From positions 1 to 64,000 of the IMG/VR virus record IMGVR_UViG_3300020045_003390: a stretch of DNA of 64,000 nt. One strand, 5' to 3'. This DNA comes from a virus (Duplodnaviria; Caudoviricetes). Of the stretch, positions 18,584 to 27,400 are shown piece by piece. A program made the position numbers and the translations under genes. Under the pieces are notes generated by a model that was given only the letters and a program-made list of their open reading frames with translations, made no database searches and was not told the origin of the DNA. Numbering within the stretch: the first letter of the stretch is position 1; each line of letters begins with the position of its first letter.

Positions 18584-18936
18584 TGGATTGGTCTGTACGA
18601 GCCACTAAACGTGCCTTAGAGCGTCACGGACAGCTTCTCCCTTACTCTACCATCACCCGAACCGTAGACCATATCCTAGGCTCTGCTAGTGAGGTTGTAA
18701 CGACTACCAGCCTGAAGATTTATCCAGAGCCATTAGTCGCCAATCAGTACAACTACCCTACGCTTGTAGGTAAGCAAACTGTAATGTTCTATCTTGCTGC
18801 TGACGGTCTACTCTTTACGCCTAAGCCTTCTGATGAGATTACTTATCAAGGTGAAGTATACAGGGTTAATTCTTATCAAGCATTTACAGCTCACGGCAAG
18901 ACTATTCTCTACAAGCTGCTTGGTGTGAAAGGCTAG
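18583..18936 (+). CDS. head closure/adaptor protein
   Basis: synteny; PKPSDEITYQGEVYRV. Confidence 0.6.
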   Translation: MDWSVRATKRALERHGQLLPYSTITRTVDHILGSASEVVTTTSLKIYPEPLVANQYNYPTLVGKQTVMFYLAADGLLFTPKPSDEITYQGEVYRVNSYQAFTAHGKTILYKLLGVKG

Positions 18937-18937
18937 C

Positions 18938-19429
18938 ATGATTTCTGTTGACGTATCAAAGGTACTAGAAGAATTAAAAGCATACCATCAGGATACTGTC
19001 CGCAGACTCGAAAATATGGTGAAGGGTTTCTCTTACATCATATCCAAGACTGCTATTGAGAACACTCCACTTGGTGATGCGGAAACATACTTCAAGTTGT
19101 ACGAACTAAGGCAAGGTAGAACTGGACTTGAACCAACAGAAGGCTTTGCAAGAGGTTCTTGGCAAGTTAATACTTCTGGTCAGTTCAGTATGCAAGCCTT
19201 CTACGGTGCTAACTCCGGTAGTGAAGCCCTTTCGTTAGTACAGTCTGATCTTGGTAGTTACAAACTTGGTGATACTGTCTTTGTTGGTAACAAAGGTTTC
19301 TACATCAAACAACTTGAAAACAATTACAGTTCTCAGACGAACAATCTTGGTATCATGCAACCCACATTGGACAGCATCATGCAAACATACCAAGTTGATC
19401 TTGTCAGATTATTTAATGAAACCTCTTAA
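18938..19429 (+). CDS. neck/tail completion protein (HK97 gp10-like)
   Basis: TP...G.ARGSWQV, N...YI..LE motifs. Confidence 0.65.
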   Translation: MISVDVSKVLEELKAYHQDTVRRLENMVKGFSYIISKTAIENTPLGDAETYFKLYELRQGRTGLEPTEGFARGSWQVNTSGQFSMQAFYGANSGSEALSLVQSDLGSYKLGDTVFVGNKGFYIKQLENNYSSQTNNLGIMQPTLDSIMQTYQVDLVRLFNETS

Positions 19430-19448
19430 CAAAAATTAACTTTTAAAC

Positions 19449-19538
19449 ATTGGATAGGCTGATCCCCGAAAAGACGATTCATCACCGTCCTGCCAATTGT
19501 TCTTTGTGATGCATTTTCTTGATGAGGAAATAATAAAA
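19449..19538 (+). promoter_or_regulatory. structured RNA leader of HNH gene (copy A)
   Basis: closing stem, GAAAAG, stem-loop with loop complementary to two downstream sites, CCTGC. Confidence 0.6.
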
Positions 19539-20351
19539 ATGAAAAATGATTATTACGTGTATCTGCATAAGACTTTGGATGGTAAGGTGTTTTATGTGGG
19601 TAAAGGGAGAAATAAGAGGGCTTGGCAGAAGTTTAATAGAGGTAGAGGGTGGACTGAAGTTTCTTCCAATGGATATTCTATTGAGATGTACGCTGGAAAC
19701 TTATTTGAAAAAGATGCATTAGCTATTGAGCGCGGGTTAATTGAAACCCTCCCCAATCTGGTAAATATAAGAGCACTTAGTAGTGTAGAGTTTGATGATT
19801 ATTCAGAATATTTTGAATATGATTCAAACTCTCCTAGTGGGTTGACGCGAATCAAAGGTGTATTCACCGGAAGGTATGAACAAGGTAAACTTGGGCATTG
19901 TGGTTTAAAGGTAAAGCGTTCATGTGGTGGGCAACACTGGATGATCAAATTTAAAAACAGAAATACACAAATACATAGGATCATATGGCAACTAGTTAAT
20001 GGGAAAATCCCTGAAGGTTACGTTGTCGATCATATTAATGGTGATTCTCTGAATAATAATATCTTAAATCTCAGGGTAGTGGAAAAAGTTAAAAACAGTC
20101 GAAACACAAGGAAACGTAAAAATAACACTAGTGGTGTAGTAGGGGTTACTTTAATTGTAAACATTAAAAGGAATTCTGCCATGTGGCAGGCATTCTTTAA
20201 GGACTTAAGTGGTAAACAAACTAGTAAATGTTTCTCAATTGCTAAACTTGGTTACGATGAAGCTTTCCGCTTAGCCTGTGAATGGCGTGTAGAACAAATC
20301 AGACTTCTAAACGAACAAGGCGCGGGTTACACATCACGCCACGGAATATAA
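19539..20351 (+). CDS. homing endonuclease, GIY-YIG-like N-terminus plus HNH and AP2-like domains
   Basis: YYVYLH...FYVGKG; HRIIW...VDHINGDSLNNNILNLR; NNTSGVVGV; start 19539 follows SD GAGG. Confidence 0.88.
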   Translation: MKNDYYVYLHKTLDGKVFYVGKGRNKRAWQKFNRGRGWTEVSSNGYSIEMYAGNLFEKDALAIERGLIETLPNLVNIRALSSVEFDDYSEYFEYDSNSPSGLTRIKGVFTGRYEQGKLGHCGLKVKRSCGGQHWMIKFKNRNTQIHRIIWQLVNGKIPEGYVVDHINGDSLNNNILNLRVVEKVKNSRNTRKRKNNTSGVVGVTLIVNIKRNSAMWQAFFKDLSGKQTSKCFSIAKLGYDEAFRLACEWRVEQIRLLNEQGAGYTSRHGI

Positions 20352-20365
20352 TAAGAAGGGTAAGA

Positions 20366-20773
20366 ATGAGTATTATTATAGCCCAGACAGCAGTACGAAG
20401 AAGACTTGCCGCTCTTACCCCTTCCTTACCAACAGCGTTTGAGGGTATACCTTTTACAGCGCCTACAGGGATGTATCAAAGATTGCAGTTCGTGATTAGT
20501 CCTCCGACTGATCCTACTTTTGGTACTTATTTCTACAGAGAGAATATTCAAGTTCAGATATTCGTAGCTGACAAACTTGACGTTGGAACCGCTGGAGCAA
20601 TTGTTAGGGCACAACTAATCAGAGATTGGTTTCACAAGGGTTTGACGTTAGAAGAAAGCGGAGTTCGTATGCATGTACTGAGAACTCCTCAAATCGCTGG
20701 TGCAACGGTTACTAGTGATAGGATTATTGTTCCTGTACTTATCCCTCTTACTGTGGAAGTGTACAACCAATAA
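20366..20773 (+). CDS. tail terminator protein
   Basis: synteny before tail tube; AFEGIPFTAP, VPVLIP. Confidence 0.65.
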   Translation: MSIIIAQTAVRRRLAALTPSLPTAFEGIPFTAPTGMYQRLQFVISPPTDPTFGTYFYRENIQVQIFVADKLDVGTAGAIVRAQLIRDWFHKGLTLEESGVRMHVLRTPQIAGATVTSDRIIVPVLIPLTVEVYNQ

Positions 20774-20862
20774 ATACGCCTTTGGCGATGAGGAAAGCTT
20801 TGCTGTCCGAAGACCGCAGGGTGTGATAATTATTTTGCAAAATAATAAACAAGGAAATTAAA

Positions 20863-22074
20863 ATGGCAATTGCTAAAGGTGTATCGAAATTAGTGGCGGT
20901 AAAAAAAGAGACTACATGGGGGACTCCTGCAGGAGCTTCTGGAGCTAAGTTGCTCCGTCGAGTTACTGCTGATTTTAATCTCGTAAAGGAAAATTATGAG
21001 TCCGGAGAAATAAATCCTTCATTCCAAACAATTGACTCACGTCACGGTGTCCGCAGTGTAGAAGGTTCTCTGGAAGCTGAACTTTCTCCAGGTACTTATT
21101 CAGATTTTATTGGTTCTATTCTCGCCAAGGATTTCGCTGTTGGTGGTACTACTTCTGGCGCTTCATTGACTGTTGCAGCTTCTGGCTCATTCTACACCAT
21201 TACTCGGGCTGCTGGCTCATGGCTGACTGATGGCTTCTTTGTTGGCAATATTGTTCGTTTGACCGGAGCAGGTTTTGCTCCTGCAAACGTTGGCAATAAC
21301 ATTTTGATCGTTAGCTTGACAGCGTTGGTCGCTACTGTAGTGCTGCTGTCCGGTACACCGCTAGTTGCAGAAGGCCCTATCGCTACTGCTGGCATGTCCG
21401 CAATTGGCAAGCAATCGTATGTGCCTCTCACTGGTCATACTGATGATAGTTATACAGTTGAACAATACTTCAGTGATATTTCTCAGTCTGAAGTTTACAC
21501 AGGTCTTAAACCAAGTTCAATTGCTCTGTCACTGCCCTCTACCGGGTTGGTCACAGCATCTCTCTCGTTCGCTGGTAAAGACTTGACCCAAACTGGTACT
21601 TCGCAATATTTTACATCACCAACTCCGACAAATACCGAAGGTATCTTCGCTGCTGTGTCCGGTGCTGTGGTTGTGAATGGTGCACCTATTGGTTTGATCA
21701 CCAGTATGGATATGGATATTTCTCGCAATCAGGAAGTTGCAAATGTCGTCGGGTCTAATTCCGCTGCTGCTATCTTCGTGGGTCGTGTAACCGTAAGTGG
21801 TTCACTTTCCGTGTACTTCCAAGATGCTGTTTTCCGGGACTACTTTGACGATGAAGCTAAGATTAGCCTTGTTGTTGCTTTGACTACTGGGATTGAAAAA
21901 ACTGCATCAGCAATGTCCTTTACAATGGGCAAGGTTAAAGTCAACGGTTCGTCAAAAGCAGATGCGGAACTCGGTTTGATCCAATCTATGGATTTCCAAG
22001 CATTGCAGAATGACGTTACTACTGGTGGCTTGGTGGCGAGTACTATTCTGGTTCAGGATACTACGCTTGTTTGA
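20863..22074 (+). CDS. major tail tube protein
   Basis: 403 aa, VAVKKETTWG, GSLEAEL, VSGSLSVYF. Confidence 0.85.
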   Translation: MAIAKGVSKLVAVKKETTWGTPAGASGAKLLRRVTADFNLVKENYESGEINPSFQTIDSRHGVRSVEGSLEAELSPGTYSDFIGSILAKDFAVGGTTSGASLTVAASGSFYTITRAAGSWLTDGFFVGNIVRLTGAGFAPANVGNNILIVSLTALVATVVLLSGTPLVAEGPIATAGMSAIGKQSYVPLTGHTDDSYTVEQYFSDISQSEVYTGLKPSSIALSLPSTGLVTASLSFAGKDLTQTGTSQYFTSPTPTNTEGIFAAVSGAVVVNGAPIGLITSMDMDISRNQEVANVVGSNSAAAIFVGRVTVSGSLSVYFQDAVFRDYFDDEAKISLVVALTTGIEKTASAMSFTMGKVKVNGSSKADAELGLIQSMDFQALQNDVTTGGLVASTILVQDTTLV

Positions 22075-22103
22075 TTGACATAATCTAAAACCTCTGTTAT
22101 AAT
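22075..22103 (+). promoter_or_regulatory. consensus sigma70 promoter
   Basis: TTGACA-17 nt-TATAAT with extended TG. Confidence 0.8.
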
Positions 22104-22137
22104 CCTCCTTTAGCTCGACGGCTTTAGGGGGATTTTT
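22102..22137 (+). terminator. intrinsic terminator after the tail tube gene
   Basis: ATCCTCCT...AGGGGGAT hairpin followed by TTTT. Confidence 0.55.
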
Positions 22138-22161
22138 CATTTGTACTGCTGAATAATTCTC

Positions 22162-22190
22162 TTGTAAAAGCGGGGGATGTATGTTATAAT
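22162..22190 (+). promoter_or_regulatory. sigma70-type promoter
   Basis: TTGTAA-17 nt-TATAAT with extended TG. Confidence 0.6.
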
Positions 22191-22231
22191 AGAGTCTAGA
22201 TAGATAATAAAATCTAGTCATCTAATCACTT

Positions 22232-22260
22232 AAGCCCTTCGCTTTTAGTCAAGGGCTTTT
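22232..22260 (+). terminator. intrinsic terminator
   Basis: AAGCCCTT...AAGGGCTT followed by TT. Confidence 0.6.
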
Positions 22261-22290
22261 GTTCGTTATAACAAAGAAAGGAAAATAAAT

Positions 22291-22698
22291 ATGGCACTTG
22301 ATCTTGCAAAGACCAATATCGCAGCAGAGGCTGAGTCTGGTTATGAATTTGAATTGTTGCATCCTGCAACTGGAGAGGGTACTGAGGGTTTCGTCAAAAT
22401 CCGAGGTGAGAAATCCAAGGTTGTTCAGACTCATGCCCGTAAAGTAGTTACCGAAATGCAGAAGCGTGAAAAAGTAGCTAAGGGCAAAAACAAAGAAGTT
22501 GAACTCTCGATTGAGGAATTGGAAGACATGGCTATTGATCGTGCATTTGTCCGCATTATCTCTTGGCGTGGTATTCAGGAAGATGGTGTTGATATTCCGT
22601 TTAACCGTGAAAATGCAGAGCGTGTACTGAAAGAACACCCGTGGATTCGGGAAATCGTGATGGAGGAGTCTGGAACGCTCCTCAACTTTCGACTCTGA
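22291..22698 (+). CDS. tail assembly chaperone (gpG-like)
   Basis: between tail tube and TMP; FELLHPATGE motif. Confidence 0.8.
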   Translation: MALDLAKTNIAAEAESGYEFELLHPATGEGTEGFVKIRGEKSKVVQTHARKVVTEMQKREKVAKGKNKEVELSIEELEDMAIDRAFVRIISWRGIQEDGVDIPFNRENAERVLKEHPWIREIVMEESGTLLNFRL

Positions 22699-23071
22699 AG
22701 ACTTAGAACAAGCCTTAGCCTACGCAAAACAAGAGTTCCAACTGTCAGAGACTCAACCAGACGGTAATACCCTAAAAGATGCTTTACTGAATGTACAGCG
22801 TCAAATAGGTAGAGTCCCTAAAGAGTTAGAAGACTTGGTTGAGTTACCTGAATGTATGCAGGAGTACTGGTCATGGTTTCTACGGCTCTCCAATCGTAGG
22901 CCTTCAGGAATGGGAGTATCAGCAATTTCTTACGTTGAGATGCTTGCATTCTTTCAGCTCATTGGTGTTGTTCCTGAAAGCTACGAAATTGAAGTGCTTG
23001 AAGCATTCGATAAGGTAGCTTTGAAGCATTACTCCAAGCAACAGAAAAAAGAACAAAAGGAGGCTAAGTAG
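22688..23071 (+). CDS. frameshift extension of the tail chaperone (gpT-like)
   Basis: +1 frame open 22661-23071 (DSEDLEQALAY...WSWFLRLSNRRPSGMG..AISYVEM), no good own start. Confidence 0.7.
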   Translation, partial: FDSEDLEQALAYAKQEFQLSETQPDGNTLKDALLNVQRQIGRVPKELEDLVELPECMQEYWSWFLRLSNRRPSGMGVSAISYVEMLAFFQLIGVVPESYEIEVLEAFDKVALKHYSKQQKKEQKEAK

Positions 23072-23096
23072 GAATTGCCCCGAAAGGGGCGTTCTT
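23072..23096. terminator. hairpin between convergent genes
   Basis: GCCCC-GAAA-GGGGC. Confidence 0.55.
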
Positions 23097-23131
23097 AATG
23101 TGTAGTTTATTCATAGACTGCAAATTAAGGG

Positions 23132-23431
23132 TTATTGCTGTGTCATACAACGAAGAAGTGACAGCTTGCGTAAGAGGTCATCAGACAAATCTTTTCGGTT
23201 GTAGGTCCAGTACAGGCGTTCTACAAAATCAGCCTTTGCTTCTGGCGTGTTGTCAGATTTCTCAATGACACCAATCAGGTGCTGAAGGACACTTGGGTGT
23301 TTCTGCAGAAGCTGCTTTGCGACTACATCTGTTTCTGCTTTGCGATAGCAAAGTTCTTCACCCCCAATTGCAAAAGTTGCTGTTGAGGTGATCAGTGTAA
23401 GTGCAAGCGCAACGGTCTTAATAAAGTTCAT
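23132..23431 (-). CDS. exported protein with signal peptide (moron)
   Basis: MNFIKTVALALTLITSTATFA signal-like N-terminus; SD AAGGAG; own promoter. Confidence 0.7.
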   Translation of the reverse strand: MNFIKTVALALTLITSTATFAIGGEELCYRKAETDVVAKQLLQKHPSVLQHLIGVIEKSDNTPEAKADFVERLYWTYNRKDLSDDLLRKLSLLRCMTQQ

Positions 23432-23464
23432 TTGAAAACTCCTTAGTTGGTGAATGAAGCCTAA

Positions 23465-23493
23465 ATCATAAACGACAACTTCTACGTTGTCAA
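23465..23493 (-). promoter_or_regulatory. sigma70 promoter for the moron
   Basis: TTGACA-17 nt-TATGAT on the minus strand. Confidence 0.75.
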
Positions 23494-23507
23494 CACAAAT
23501 TTTGTTG

Positions 23508-23603
23508 TAAGAGAGCTACACAGGAGTAATTACCTTGTGGAAAAGCGTTAACCCTAGCCTGCTCGTCTTATTTTTCTTTAGGGTTGTTAAGTAAGGGTTT
23601 GAT
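23508..23603 (+). promoter_or_regulatory. structured RNA leader of HNH gene (copy B)
   Basis: same layout as copy A: closing stem, hairpin, GAAAAG, loop complementary to two downstream sites, CCTGC. Confidence 0.6.
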
Positions 23604-24431
23604 ATGAATAATAAATACTATGTGTATGTGCACAAGATTGCAGATACTGGTGAAGTGTTCTATGTTGGTAGCGGAACTGGGAACCGGTGGCGCACCAGCA
23701 GCAATCGATCTGAATTATGGCACGAATCTAGCGCAAATGGCTTCGCACCGGAAAAAGTTTGGTGCGACTTGACGGTAAACGCAGCAAGAGAAGTTGAAGA
23801 ACTGCTGATTGAACTTATTGGTATAGACAATCTAGTTAACAAACACCTCCCAATGAAAACTATTGTGCTAGACAATTCAGTATTGAAGCAGTTTATTTAC
23901 TCTGAAGATAGTCCTAGTGGTCTAGTTTGGGCAGTTGATCAACACAGGGGCATAAATATACACAGTATTGGTGACGTTGCTGGGGGAAAAGAGTCTAGGA
24001 ATAATCAACCTCACAGGTGGAGGGTGAAGCCATCAGGTACAAATCAATCTGTAGCTATTCACCGGATTGTATGGGCACTCCATTCCCCTATTTCAGAGGA
24101 TAAGGTGATTGACCACATTGATGGTAATCCTTGGAATAATAGAATTGAAAACTTACGAGAAGTTGATAGAGCAACGAACTCTCGAAATACAAAGAAGCAT
24201 ACCAGTAATCGTTCAGGTGTCGCTGGTGTGCATTTTAAAAGAAATAGGGATGGGCATACTTATTGGTCTGCTACGTGGAGGGACGTTGACCAAAAGTCAC
24301 GTAGCAAGAGTTATATGATAGAGAAATATGGAAATGATGAAGCCTTCAAACTAGCTTGTGATTTTCGTAAGAATAAAATAGAAGAATTAAAAGCAAGAGG
24401 ATTTGGGTACACAGATCGACACATTGCTTAA
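23604..24431 (+). CDS. homing endonuclease, GIY-YIG-like N-terminus plus HNH and AP2-like domains
   Basis: YYVYVH...FYVGSG; HRIVW...IDHIDGNPWNNRIENLR; paralogue of 19539. Confidence 0.88.
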   Translation: MNNKYYVYVHKIADTGEVFYVGSGTGNRWRTSSNRSELWHESSANGFAPEKVWCDLTVNAAREVEELLIELIGIDNLVNKHLPMKTIVLDNSVLKQFIYSEDSPSGLVWAVDQHRGINIHSIGDVAGGKESRNNQPHRWRVKPSGTNQSVAIHRIVWALHSPISEDKVIDHIDGNPWNNRIENLREVDRATNSRNTKKHTSNRSGVAGVHFKRNRDGHTYWSATWRDVDQKSRSKSYMIEKYGNDEAFKLACDFRKNKIEELKARGFGYTDRHIA

Positions 24432-24446
24432 ATAAGAAAGAAAATT

Positions 24447-27400
24447 ATGGCTTTGGAATTGTCATCCCTCCTTTTTAAAACGGATACCAGTGAACTTGAA
24501 AAGGCAAGTCAAGTTATTGGTACACTCGTTCAAAATGTCGCAAAGTTAGATAAAGCGTCTAAGGATGTAGCACGTACTGAAGCTACACTCGCAAAGGCTG
24601 CAAAAGATTCAGCTAAGGCGAATCTTGACAATGCTAAAGCCGTAGAAAGCACCGAGAAAGCTCAAAAGATCGCTGCCGTTGCTGTAGCGAAAAGTACCAC
24701 TATTCTTGAACGTCAGAAGGATATTCTTGACTTCCAAACTCAAGGTTTTTCCAAAGGTCAGTCCAGTATTCTAGCTTATGGCAAGGCTGCTGGACTTGCT
24801 GCTTCTGATATTAACGAACTTGGTAAGGTGCTGGAGACTCAGCGTAAATTAATCGGGAATGACCCGTTCGACAAGTCCCTTTCAGGTATTAAGTCTCTGC
24901 AAAACCAATACACTGAACTTAAAGAGTCTATTCGCCAGTACGCTACAGATTCTAACCTGTCTGCAAAGCAAACTCGTGAATTAGCTCGGGATAAAGAACG
25001 CCTTATTGAGAAGATGAAAGTTGAAGGTGCGTCTTTCTCTGAAATCCGTACCGCAGTTCGCGGCCATAATGATGAGTACGTAAAACTTGCTACATCTTAT
25101 AACAAAACAATCTCCGCAGAAGATGCAGTGATTAAGGGGCGTAAAGATGCAGTAAACGCCACTAACTACTTGACTCAGGCAGATCAAAGAATGTCCGCTG
25201 CTCTGAGCACTTCCAATATGGCATTAGATAAGTCTGGTACAGACTCTCTTGTGAGATATGAGTCTGCTCTAAGAAAGTCTGGTCTTGCTCAAGATATTGT
25301 TACTCAAAAACTTTCCACATACAAGGTACAACTTGCTCAGGTTCAAGCACAAGAAGCAAAACGTAGTGAACAACATCTAGCACGGGCACTGCCAGCTCAG
25401 TTTACCGATATTGGGGTTTCATTATATTCAGGACAAAATCCACTTACTGTTCTGCTGCAACAATCTGGTCAGATTTTAGACATTTTCCAACTCTCTGGTG
25501 TGGCTGCTGACAAATTTGCAGAATCTACCAAAAGGGCTTTTTACAGTATGGTCCCGGCAATGGCTACCGTCGCTAAGGGGTTAGCTGGTCTTGTCACCGG
25601 GTTGTTCATAGACGCAGGTAGTGCTGTCACTCGCTTTGTTGGTAATGTTACTGGCATCTCTGCTGCAATGGACATCGCAAAACGAGCGATTGTATCCGGT
25701 GGTGAAGAAAACTTTAAGTACGTTGCATCTTTGGAGAAGATCAGTAAGGCCGCCGCTGCAACTGCTGCTGGTGGTATCGCTGCGCTTATTCTTGTCATAA
25801 CCCTTCTTGCCCTTGAATACAAAAAGATTATTCAAGCTGAGTCTGATTTGTCTAAAGCCCTTGCTACTTCTGGTGGTGCTCTTGGTCTTACTAGGGATCA
25901 AGCTGTAGCAGCAGCAGAGGGTATGAGTTCCCTTGGTGTGGGTACTCTGAAAGCAATGAGCGCCTTTACCGAAATTGCCAAAGCTGGAAACATTGGAAAA
26001 TCCTCTCTTGAACTTGTCACTAAGGCTGCGGTTGATCTTGAGAAAACTGCTGGTGTAAGTATTGAAGAGACTGCAAAACAGTACGCTAAACTCCAGGAAG
26101 AGCCTGCTAAAGCACTGATTGAAATTGCTCAGAAAACAGGCCTTGTAGATAAGGAAACACTCGCCTACGTTGCTTCTCTTGAGCATCAGGGTGACAAAAC
26201 TGAAGCTGCTAGGATCGCTACGCTTGCTTTGGCATCAGCTCATGCTCAAGTTGCGTCTGAGATTATAAGCAATTGGGCACCTGTTGAAGTTCTTTGGAAT
26301 GACATTAAATCTGCTATCAATGGTGTAAAACAAGAAATCTATGATCTTGCTACATCTAATGCTGCTGTTGGTGCAATGCGGACCATCTGGGAGACTATCT
26401 CTGTAGTTATCTCTGAGGTGTGGTTCACAATCAAGGGTGTTGGTAAAGAGATTGGTGGTATTGGTGCACAGATTGCTGCAGTGATGCGTGGAGACTTCTC
26501 AGGTGCTGCATCAATTGGTGAGCAAATGAAGGTTGATGCTGAATCAGCAGCACAAGCACAGAAGAAGTTTGTTGCTTCAATCTTAGACCGTAGTGCAGTA
26601 GAACAAAAATCCTTCAATCAAAGCAAGGAACAAAACTCTCAGTACGCTAAGTGGCTTAAAGAAAATGATCAAGCTCTGGACAAGTCTATCAGCAAAGAAG
26701 ACAAGTACAAAGCTAAACAACTAGAAGTCCAAAAGGCTGTTCTATCTGGTACTGTAAGTCAGGCTGAAGCCGATAAGGCATTATCTGGTTGGAAGAAGAT
26801 TATCTACGGGGATAGCAAACCCAAGAAAGACCCTTCCGAAAACTACTTCGCAACCTTAATGCGCGAAGCAACAAACAACACGATCAAAGCTGACACTGCT
26901 ACACAAGGGCTTACCAAGTCTGAACTAAAACTTTTAGAAGTCCAATCTGATTCTCGTTTCGAGAAACTTACTGCTGATCAAAAGTCCCAAGTTGCTGCTA
27001 AGTACAATAATGCTGCTGCTACTGAAAAATTAGCAGAGGCTGAAAAACAGCGCTCAAAAATTGAAGATGATGCATTGGCAAGTGCCCTCAAGATCATTGA
27101 AAAGAATGATGAGATTGCTCTCTCTTATGAGAACGCACGAGAAGCAGCAATTGAATACCTTGATACTCTTCGCTTACAATCTTCTCGTACAAACGAGGGC
27201 GTAGGTAAAGGTACAGAGTATCGTGCAGATCAATCTGGGCTAAACAGTATTGAAGATAAGTTCAATACTAAGAAAGCCTCTCTAGCAAAAAGCAGCGGTA
27301 CTAAGGGTGAATATTGGTATAACCAAGAGCTTGAATTAGCGAAAAACACTTACGAACAAGAAGTAGAAATCTACAAGAAGAGTGTAGATGACAAACTTGC

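Noticed and set aside
22835-23071. Stand-alone 78-aa ORF
   Set aside because: TTG start without a clear SD; the frame is open from 22661, consistent with a frameshift extension
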